Assembly (NCBI RefSeq): GCF_006345805.1
Contig: NC_043012.1
Span: forward strand, 52,080,001-52,144,000
Length of the DNA stretch: 64,000 bases
Direction: 5' to 3'
Origin: Octopus sinensis
Lineage: Eukaryota
The notes under the pieces are model-generated. The model was not told the origin of the DNA, made no database searches, and saw only the letters and a list, made by a program, of their open reading frames with translations. The translations under genes were made by a program, and so were the position numbers. Below are positions 53,575 to 64,000 of the stretch, piece after piece (within the stretch, counting starts at the first letter, position 1; each line of letters starts with the position of its first letter).

Positions 53575-53905
53575 GTGACTGTGTGATAAGAAGCTTGCTT
53601 CCCAACTACATGGTTCCGGGTTCAGTCCCATTGCGTGGCACCTTGGGAAAGTATCTTCTACTATAGCTATGGGCGGACAAAATCCTTGTGAGTGGTTTTG
53701 GTAGACGGAAACTGAATCCCGTCGTATATATATATATGTGTGTGTGTATGTGTGTTTCTATGTGTGTTTGTGCATCTTTGTGCCTGTGCTTGTTCGCCCA
53801 CTACCGCTAAAAACCAATTTTGGTATGTTTATGTCCCCGTAACATAGCGCTTCGGCAAAGGAAACTGATATAATCAGTACTAAACTTACAAAGAATAGGC
53901 CCCGC
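53575..53905 (+). mobile_element. SINE family A, older subfamily
   Basis: gtgtgataagaagcttgcttcccaactacatggttccgggttcagtccc head. Confidence 0.85.
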
Positions 53906-53925
53906 ACTCCTACACACATATACAT

Positions 53926-54600
53926 ACAGGTCCTTCGGGGTAAATTTATCAGTTTTCATAAAATGAGAAGCAATCACATTTTCTCTTCTGAAAATAAAAG
54001 TATTTTTCAAAATATCACAACATAGCTACATAACAGTTTACTCAAAATAGTAACCTGCAGCATCCATTACGGCCTCAAAACTTTTCCTGAAACTGGGGCA
54101 TGAATTTATCTTGTTGTCCGTGGGAAGATCTTCGAATACCGTCCTTGATCTCACCCACATGTTCGGCCGGGATGTTGCGGATTGAACGATTGCTACCTTT
54201 CCCAACTACATCCAATACGCTGTAATCCATGGGATTACATTTTCCGAAAGTAATCCCATTACATTCGGAGGATTAGAAAGTCGTGGCAACAAAACAAATC
54301 CTCATGTCAGGTATACAACTGTCCAGCAGCAACCTTCTCCAACCAAAGTTTGACCACAATCTCCAGCAGCCTCAAACTCAACCAAAATGTTTGCTATTTC
54401 ACTTCCTGCTGACCACGGCTTCGAACTCTCCGCTGCAGCTGTCCATGTCACGTCATACAGCCTTTACATCGTTCATACAGCATTTAGAATCAGCAATGAT
54501 GTCAGCATTTTGATAACTGGCATTAATCATCATGGTACATGTGACGTTTATCCAATATTCAGTTGATTCCTAATCCACCATGCCAACTAATTTTTTTCTA
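53926..54600 (-). mobile_element. Tc1/mariner-superfamily transposase relic with internal deletion
   Basis: Minus strand WLEKVAAGQLYT*HED, CNPMDYSVLDVV (cf. 'SPDxNPLDYxVW') and CPSFRKSFEAVMDAAGYYFE* (cf. 'CxxFRxRLEAVxxAxGxxxE'). Confidence 0.75.
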
Positions 54601-54781
54601 CTAGAATTCTAGGACTTTAAATTTTTATGCTCTACTTACCAATACATCAATATTGTATATCTATCCCACTTTATATACTGTACGATGTTCGAGAACGTGA
54701 AATCTGTTCAGTAGATGTGAGGTAGTAGCTGTAATAATCGTATTTGTAGGTATGTGAATGTACATATGTGTGCGTATGTAC

Positions 54782-54815
<34 letters not shown>

Positions 54816-54901
54816 TGTGTGTGTGTGTGTGTTGTGTATATATGCACAACAAATATATAAACGTGTATATATTATATATATATATATATGTGTATATATA
54901 A

Positions 54902-54969
<68 letters not shown>

Positions 54970-56149
54970 ATATATATATACATATATATATTCAAATATT
55001 TATATATTTTTTTAATTGAATGATTGAAGCTAAAACCTTAATAGTTTCTTGTGCAATCTTTGCAATTGTTCGAACGTAGATTGAATAATGTTGACATAGA
55101 GGTCGAATCTTTTGTGTTCAGCGCCTAATAAAGATATTAGACCTCAGCCAATGAGATCGTCATTACCCACTTCGTTAGGCATGTGTATTGGAGGAAACTT
55201 ATTACTCGTTATATTGACACCACTACCTGAATGAGTACCAAACAGTCATAAAATCAGTCGTCCCCGATAAGGAAATCAAGTACAAGCGTAATGGAACGTA
55301 ACAAAATAGGACACGGCATTTTGACTAATATTTTACCGCCTGTTACGAACGTTAACATCGTAAGAGTATATATCATTTCTGTACATTTGAGCCATGACAT
55401 GGCGGCAACGTGAAACTAATTATATTTTGGTTGCTTGTTAGCTGGTATCTCGAAATACTTTGCTTCTTTCAATGAATGTTATTATTGTGCCTTCTTTTTT
55501 TAACAATGCTCAGGAGAATACAAGTAATTTATTTTATGAGTATGTAAAGATGTGGTAGTGCACGTACGACTTAGGAAATCCTTTGGCAGACCTTCTAGAA
55601 AAGAGGAAACAAAATATTCATGAATTGCTGCAAAGGAAATCTTTGATCCCTATAAGCAGCACAAATGGGAGTCGTTAAATGTGCAAGGATCACTAGCAAA
55701 TTAATCTCCCACCTGAATACTTGCTCAGTCAGTCTATTTCATATCAGGATGAAGGCTTCTGGTGATCAATTACTTCCAAATGTTTGCTCTGAAAAGCAAT
55801 GGGTTATACATCAAGTTATTCTGCTGGTAAAGACCTGCATTGAATGCCTACAACACAGATGCAGCTGAATGCAACCAAGGCCTGGTCTGAATGATATATA
55901 TAGGAAAATGTGTTGATATTTGTTATTACATGTGCAGCGTGTTTATTAAATTGAACATTTTTTAAAGTGTACCATTATCTCCATAAATAACAATGCCTTT
56001 CTACTAATAACTCTGCCATTGTCTTCACACATAGTCAACTATTATCTTCACCAAACTATTCAATATGCTTCTGTTCTCTACAAACAAAAGCCCCCTAGTG
56101 TGTATTATTCTCTTTAATATTTCTACTGATATTATATTGGTCATTGCCT

Positions 56150-56468
56150 GAGACTCGGGCTAACTCTATTGTTTGTTCCTTCTCGAGCCACGCCTGGCTC
56201 ATAAGGGCCATTTTCCCGGTTTCCTTGGCGTATAGGTCCCCCACCTGGACGGGACGCCGGTCCGTCACAGGTGAGCTGTAAGATGCAAGAGGAAAGAGTG
56301 AGAGAATGTTGTGGCGAAAGAGTCAGCAAAAGTTCGCTATTACCTTCTGCCGGAGCCGCGTGAAGCTTAGGTGTTTCGCTCATAAACATACATATCGCCC
56401 TGTCTGAGATTCGAACCCGCGATCCCTCCATCGCGCGTCCGCTGCTCTAACCAATAGGCCATGTGCCA
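56150..56468 (-). mobile_element. tRNA-derived SINE, family E
   Basis: Minus-strand head GGCACATGGCCTATTGGTTAGAGCAGCGG...GGGTTCGAATCTC (A- and B-box-like), followed by a GC-rich body. Confidence 0.85.
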
Positions 56469-58365
56469 CACATGCTAACTCTAGCATGGAAATTATTATC
56501 CCAAACATTTTTCCTTCTCCAGTAAGCTTTTCATGCGCCCTCTCTTGATTGTATCATTCCCGCAGTTAAAGCTTTATGGAGGTCATAAGCAGTATTAGTA
56601 TTAACCCCAAGAGGGGCCTGCAAAAGACAGGAGAACTGCCCTTAGACTAGAACTCACAAAAAGGGATGTATATTTTTGTGCGTACAGATTATCTACATGT
56701 GCGTCTGTGTGTTCTCTCTCTCTCACTTTCTCTTTGTATATATGTATATATGTGTGTATTTACGAATGTATGTATATGTGCATATGTGTGTTTATGTGTG
56801 TGTATTTGTGTGTCTGTATGTATGTATGTGTGTGTGCGCACACGCACTTTTATCTTGTATTATTTCTGTAACACGTTCTCAGATTCTATTTCCTTAAATA
56901 TTTATCCTCCGTCGCAACTTCATTCCATAATTTCTATATTCTGTCATTCTTATATTTCTTGTTATTCTACATTTCCGAACCGTTTTCTGTTTTTTTATTC
57001 CATTCTTTATACTATTCGTGTATTGATTTTCTTTTTTTTTTTCATCAAGATCATTTTCTTTATCTTCTGTTTATTTTCTCTTCCTGTCACACAAACCTCA
57101 CCCCGCTATCTACCCCATCACACCCATATATTTCTGTTTCTCTATTGGTTAATTGTTTTCTCTTCTATATTGTCATTCCCTCTCGATTCTCTGTCTCTCC
57201 TCTTTCTCTTTCTCTCTCTTTCTCTCTCTGTAAATATATACATACATACACATACACATATACACACATACACATATAGTTGTATGTATGTGTATATGTA
57301 TGTATGTATGTTTGTACGTATATGTATATACATTGCTCTCGATTACTTTCCGTCCTCTCTTTCTTCCACCAACTCCTACCCCCACAAGCGTCTTGAGTTA
57401 GTTACTTTCCTTCTAATTACGTTTCTATATTTCTTTCTCTTTATTTTCTCTTTCAGTCTCTTTAACATTTTCCTTTCGTTTTTCTGTGTGGAATCAATCT
57501 AAAAATGCTAACATTTGAATTAGAATTTCTTAAAGCGCCTGTCTGAGACAAATGCACACTCTATCGATAGCCGAGCTGACAATATATTCCGGATGTTATT
57601 TATGTCAAGATGGCATCACCAACGCCATCGAAACTCATTTCACGTATTCCTCGTCATTAATCATGATTCGTCAATTCGTGTCGAGTAGACTGAGTTTGTA
57701 ATATATTAAACCAATGCTAAACACTTCTGTCCTTTGTCCTAGTTCCTGACGTAATCAAGAATTTAATGTTCACGTGATGCATTAAGTTATATCCGGATCC
57801 GGTCTTTCAGCGGATCCGCTAACTTACTGCAGATCCTCTAAAATAACTACATCGAACGCACAAGTAGTAACTGCCATATAAGCCACTAATGACGTCACTG
57901 TATAGCAGAAGAAACGACTCACGCTTACAGATTCTTCATTGAGAAGAATTTGAATTTTGGATGATATTCTAGATTTAAAAGATGGCAAAGGTTATTTATT
58001 TTATACTGGCAATATTTCTTTGGCATTTTTAATGATCACAACCAAATGGCTTAATGACTTATACCAAACCTTTCCTCTTAATTATATATTACGTCGGTCT
58101 CAATAAAATACTGCTTACCAGCTTTGTTTTCTCAAATACCATTTGTCAGGACCCATAATTAATAATGAAAGGAAGTAATCATAAATTTTAGCAATCAGAA
58201 ATATTTTCATAAATGAACGAAATATTGCAACCTCAACATTTCTTGACGTGTGCAGTAATTATAATTCCCGCTTACTTCTCGGATAATAAATAGACAGTCG
58301 TACAAATAAATGTATATGCGCGTAAATATGACTATATACAAGTACGTATGTAAAGATTATAAGAT

Positions 58366-58545
<180 letters not shown>

Positions 58546-59519
58546 ATGAAAGAAGTGAAGAGAAAGAAAGGAAGAAACAAACAAACAAAGAAAAGAAAAT
58601 GACAATTATGGAATGGGAATTTCTAAAAGGGTCCGTTGAATTTGTCGCAAAATTATTCAAGAAATTCAGAGTGGAGGTCGTACTTCAGAAATGGTGTACT
58701 GGTATTGTAGAAGAGATGACGACTATTTTCTGATACAAGAGAGTAGATGTTTCACTTAAGTTCTGGGATTAGAACATTTAGTGAAGAACGAACCAGGCCT
58801 GAATACGAGTTAGCCAAAACGAACGTTATTCGTCCATTTATGAGCGTGATCTACGCTTGAGCAACATCAAAGCATGAGTTAAAATTTTCCCTGTAGAAGT
58901 TGCAAAAAATTTACATGTTACTGGACATGGAATAAAAACGTGTCACGACCGATTTATTTCTGACTAGTGAATATCTAGGCATTGTTCTTACGTCTAGCCA
59001 CCACATAGAATTTTAAAGAAACGATTATATGCAACATTTAGTCATGTGCTGCAGAATGATAGTTACTCATGGACATCAGTTCTAATTTGAAGACGTCTGC
59101 GATGAGTTCAGTCCAGATGCTAATGAAAACATTTCACTTTCAGTTCTGACCAATCCCTCCTAACCTACCAATATTCAGGAATCCTGCACCGAGGATTTTC
59201 TTTACGTTTGAAATTATAGCTCAAGCAGTGAAGCGAATATCTTTGGGGTTCACTGACTTCAGCTATAGAGAAGGAAGGGACCACATTTATAATATCAATA
59301 CTTTCTTAAAGTTAATAGTGACGTTTTGAATGCATGTTTATCAATGATCGCCTAAATCGAGTGAATAGCAATTGTAGCCGACAATATTACTATACGTATG
59401 TTAGACTCTATTGTTACACTCCAATGCTATTCTGAAATCAGTTGCTGTTCTAGTTGTCAACAGGCCACGAAACTCAAGATTTTCGATTGAGGAAATAAAT
59501 TCTGCAGACTTTTCTCTGG

Positions 59520-59668
59520 TTTTCTTTTATTCTTTTACTCTTTTACCTGTTTCAGTCATTAGACTGCGGCCATGCTGGAGCACCGCTTTTAGTCGAGCGA
59601 ATCGACCCAAGGACCTATTTTTGTAAGCTTAGTACTTATTCTATCGGTCTCTTTTGCCGAACCGCTAG
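59520..59668 (-). mobile_element. SINE family A tail fragment
   Basis: ttcttttactcttttacctgtttcagtcattagactgcggccatgctggagc. Confidence 0.85.
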
Positions 59669-59669
59669 A

Positions 59670-60429
59670 AAGCACTATAAGGGAGCACCTTTAGCCTTCA
59701 CACAGGACCCCGAATGGCCTCCGCAGGTAGCTGTGGAGGCCGTGGCGTTCGACGTGACGCTTGGGCTGAAGGAGCTCAATGAGGATTATTGCTTGTTCCC
59801 GGGCAAATCTAACACGGAACTCGATTTGGTTCTGAGAGAGGCGTGGTGGATGGCAAAGGATGCGGGCACAAGTTATTTTGAGGCTGAGTCATAAATTGTG
59901 GCACTGTTTGACACACACATGTGATAACAGGCACTTCGATTTCCTTCTAAACCCCCGGTTATCAACGTGGTCTGCTCTGCAGACGGCTAGATATTTGACT
60001 GGAGGTCCGGAAAGAGGAGGAAGGAAAAAGTGATAATGTATTTTTATGTTTGATAGGACATGTTTAGATAAGACTTGAGGGGCCCCGACCTAGAGCTGGC
60101 GCATTCCAAGGGAAGTGTAAGCCAGGTCTGGGAGGAGGGGCTTTGTGTATTGTATTTATGTCATATGTAATTATTGAACTATGTTGTTGTTAGTAATGGA
60201 CTGTTAAGTCCAACAATTGAAAAGTTGTAAAAATTGTAAGAGGTTTAATACCTAGTTTTGTGTTTGTTTTTAAAAGAACAATGTTTTAGAGATGCAGAAG
60301 TCGGCGGGCGCTTTTTGTCTTCTTCCATCCTTATCTTTTTTCATCATCATACATTTCATTAATGTCCTCGTCTAGCCCGCAAAGCCACTTTACTCTATGT
60401 ACTGCCTTTATGGCAAATGTTATGAAATA
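59670..60429 (+). mobile_element. Second copy of the ORF1-fragment + 3' UTR retroelement
   Basis: 59670-59894 reads KHYKGAPLAFTQDPEWPPQVAVEAVAFDVTLGLKELNEDYCLFPGK...EAES*; 3' UTR blocks are shared with 52175-52450; ends ...gaaata|AAGTAGCTTGCTTAC. Confidence 0.75.
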
Positions 60430-61026
60430 AAGTAGCTTGCTTACTTCCCATGAGCCTTTGTTGTCTGTGTACGCATGCGTCATTCTGTTGTGCTATGAAG
60501 AAGATAGCCGGGGTGTTTAACCGACGAAAAAGTAGCCACGGCAAGGTAAGGTTTTTGTCTCTTGGGTCCAGTAGGGGTTGTTGTCTGTGGTAATATTTTT
60601 TACAAACAAGGAGTTCTCACTGGATTCAGAACTTTGGTCTGCTTGCAGTTCAGCAATATTGTTCACGTTAAGGGAAAAATTTCTCTCATTGTGAGAAGTA
60701 TAGTTTGGGGCGTATCCTGCCGCTAAAAGTTGTTCACTTTTTGTGAATAGTGTGTGTTTTTACAACAACGTTTACCAATAATTGGAAAATTGTATTTCAA
60801 GTGGAGCACTCCAGGTTCTAATTCGAGTACCATACGGCTTGAAGTACCTGAATGCCCAGAATATTTTTTTTTTGCTGTGTTGTGTTGAACTGTTGTTTTC
60901 TTCTTCTATTGTGACTCTCTTTATTGAACTGTTTGCTTTTTTCTTCTTCCATTTTGTTTCCTTTTGATTTCCCTCATTTCTTTTTGAAATTTATGAACTA
61001 TTGCTTTGGACTTTTTAATTTAAAAC

Positions 61027-61355
61027 ATGGCAAAAAATACGGATAAGATTGTAGAGTAGGAGATTGTCCCACCTAAGGAGTGGTTCAGACAGCAAGAGGA
61101 GAGGACGGTGGTGTTGAGAACGTATTCGAAGGTTCTCGATACCATTGCCGTCTTCTCCAAGCGGCTGATTGAGCAGGAGTTGGTGGTACATCTGCCAACC
61201 ATTAAGTATATCTCTAGGGGTGTCAAATATGCAACGGTGTGGTTGCTATTTGACACCCCAGAGGAGGCTCGCGGTTGACGACAGCTTGGGTCTGTGGTTT
61301 GCCACCCGAGTGCTTAGGGGATAATATCCGTCGGGCTCTGTGTGGCAGCGGACCC
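61027..61355 (+). pseudogene. Disrupted LINE ORF1-like N-terminus (RRM-like, Tx1/L1-type, inferred)
   Basis: ATG at 61027: MAKNTDKIVE*EIVPPKEWFRQQEERTVVLRTYSK...IKYISRGVKYATVWLLFDTPEEARG*, then a frameshifted TAWVCGLPPECLGDNIRRALCG resembling the 'VxGxPxExxDxxIxxAL' ORF1 RRM motif. Confidence 0.5.
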
Positions 61356-62622
61356 AGCGCCTAATGTGAAAGGTTTTCCTGCGGAAATACTAGAATAGAA
61401 TGTAGGAGATTCATATTCATCCTTATGAGAAAGAGAGATGTGAGTCCAGGTAGGTATTAACTATAATTAATGACTATAACGTCTATTTGAAAATATAAGT
61501 AAAAGAGGTTTCGGAGACGTTCCCTCTATAGATAAGGAGAATAGAAATTCTAACTTCAAATAAGTCACGTAGGGAAAATATTGTACAGAAATGTCCAATG
61601 GAAAGGCATGCCTATATTTGAATTAAGATATGACCTGACAGTTAAAAGACGTTACTTAATATGGTGTATATTAAAAAAATTATGAGAATGAATTTAATCT
61701 GAAGGAGATATTGTATAAGGATCTACTTGATAGTTAACTTAAACAAGTGTTAGAGCGGTAAAAGGCTAAAGGGAGAATAATATGCGTAAGATGAACTTCT
61801 GTTTGCATAAGAACTAATATTCGTTGGTATGTATTAAATATAAGATACAAGAAATAAGTAAAAGATAGAAAAATAGTTGTTAATATTACAATTTAGATAG
61901 TAAATACTTGCTGTGGCTATAAAGAGGAAATAATGGATGCTGGGATACGAAAAATAAAGCAATAAATGACCTGGGATTGAGAATAGTAAATAAAGGGTTT
62001 ATTTAATATGTATTGATATGTAAGGTTATACAGTAATTATATATTAGTAGTAATAAAAAATTATGAGATAAGAAACAAGCTTGACATAATGTGAGAGGGA
62101 TATTTAATGGTATTAAAGTAGTATTAATATTAAAGTAATATGAAGAGAAATCACCCAGAAACCATTGGTCAGCTGTTACCGGTTATGGCTCAGTGTGGAC
62201 ATTAGCACCCTTCTTCGAGGTAAAAGGATGCGACTGTGCGTCGATAGCCAGCTACAAAAGATGTTTTCCTGGGGTTAAAAAAGAAAGTAACACTGTCCTA
62301 ATCAGGACTGTCCGTTTACGTTGGCAAATAGACTTTACTCTGTAGTACAGTTACTACATATTTACGCTCATAGATTTAAAACTAATTGATTTTCTCCGTG
62401 TATATATATATATATATGTATATGCGTGTGTGTATGTGTGTGTATATTTGTGTGTGTCTGCGCGCGCGTGTGTGTGTGTGGATATATATAAAGAGAGAGA
62501 AAGCGAATGAGAGAATATACTCCTCCTTATAGCAGCAATCATATAAATACACATACATGAATAAGTTGATAGTGGTATTAATATACACGAATGTGCTTAT
62601 ACGTATGCATGTACATATATGT

Positions 62623-62681
<59 letters not shown>

Positions 62682-63321
62682 TACACACCTATTAATATTT
62701 GTATATGCGAGCGGGTGTATATCCATATATATATATATGTATATATATGCATACATATACATATGGATGTATATATGTATGTGTGGGTGTGTGCATGTGT
62801 ATGTGTGTGCATGTGTATGTGTGTGCATATGAATGCGTGTGCATGTGCATATGTGTGCATGTGCGTGCGCGTGTGTGTGTAACCCATTATATCGATGTTC
62901 ACATACTCAGGATAAATCAAGGCGATGCATACATTAATTCCATACTCAAATCTATTGCTACACAGGATTCTGCACTGGTCTACATCATTAAAATGGTCAC
63001 TATGCTATTTTTCTTCCCACAAAAAGTTAGAGTGAATTTCCGAGGCATAAATATCACGCGTAGAGATTCCGAATAGTTGTTGCTTAATATGTACCAGCTT
63101 TTGTCTTATTAGCGTTTTGCAACTCAGTACATGGGTATGTTAGGTTGTCTACATGAGTGTGCCTACATATACACCTGTTTGTACGCATGTATGATCATTA
63201 TTGTAAGTACCTGTGTAACAATCTATATGAATAAGCTTCAACATATTTATATATTATATATATATATATATGCATATACATATATGCATGTGTGTATGTG
63301 CATATATGTCTTTATTTATGC

Positions 63322-63373
<52 letters not shown>

Positions 63374-63375
63374 GA

Positions 63376-63403
<28 letters not shown>

Positions 63404-63406
<3 letters not shown>

Positions 63407-63636
63407 GCATACATATATACATCTATACATTCATTTATACACAAATGTTTACATATGTATAAATGCCAGTGCAAATGTGCTTGTAAGAATATTCAAGAAA
63501 ATCCGCATTTAATAGTTATCAATGCGCATGTGTGAAAATATTTTGTACGTATTTCATATGGGCATATATGTATGTGTATATATATATACATATATATATA
63601 TATATTATATATATATATTATATATATGTATATGTG

Positions 63637-63667
<31 letters not shown>

Positions 63668-63916
63668 CTGTATATGTATATATATATATATATGCATATA
63701 TATATGCATACATATATACATCTATACATTCATTTATACACAAATGTTTACATATGTATAAATGCCAGTGCAATGTGCTTGTAAGAATATTCAAGAAAAT
63801 CCGCATTTAATAGTTATCAATGCGCATGTGTGAAAATATTTTGTACGTATTTCATATGGGCATATATGTATGTGTATATATATATATACATATATATATA
63901 TTATATATATATATAT

Positions 63917-63972
<56 letters not shown>

Positions 63973-64000
63973 TCTGTATATGTATATATATATATATATG
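63404..64000. repeat. ~300-bp tandem repeat with unique core and (TA)n spacer
   Basis: tatgcatacatatatacatctatacattc...catatgggcatatatg at 63404 and 63704; runs off the window end. Confidence 0.9.

Noticed and set aside
56420-56468. Possible tRNA genes at SINE heads (also 12240-12310 and 28946-29015)
   Set aside because: Cloverleaf is incomplete and each continues into a SINE body; these are tRNA-derived heads, not tRNAs.
57605-57640. GATGGC/GCCATC hairpin followed by GAAAC
   Set aside because: The upstream core differs from CUGANGA at three positions; probably chance.

Overview
AT-rich eukaryotic genomic DNA, almost certainly intronic or intergenic. It is saturated with (TA)n, (CA)n, (TATC)n, (CATA)n and (AAT)n microsatellites and transposon relics, and has one 100-N assembly gap. 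The SINE families look like those of octopus (Cephalopoda); this is inferred from memory and not checked by search. No intact protein-coding gene is supported, and most ORF-track entries are microsatellite translations (YI/HT/LS repeats). Recognisable features: about 25 tRNA-derived SINE copies or fragments in six families, decayed R4/Dong-like, CR1/L2-like and RTE LINE pieces, two Tc1/mariner relics and a non-autonomous Helitron. Two systems stand out. (1) Several unrelated small elements, mostly beside (TA)n tracts, carry type I hammerhead-ribozyme motifs. One is structurally perfect (26448-26518, minus strand) and lies in a ~400-bp tandem unit resembling a non-LTR retrozyme or Penelope-type element; another lies in a tRNA-headed SINE. 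(2) An apparently ORF2-less, Tx1/L1-like ORF1 element ends at the same sequence (AAGTAGCTTGCTT) in two diverged copies. One copy sits inside the tRNA-like head of a SINE with a 13-bp target-site duplication, suggesting a SINE-targeting retroelement. All alignments and translations were done by eye; no database search was run.
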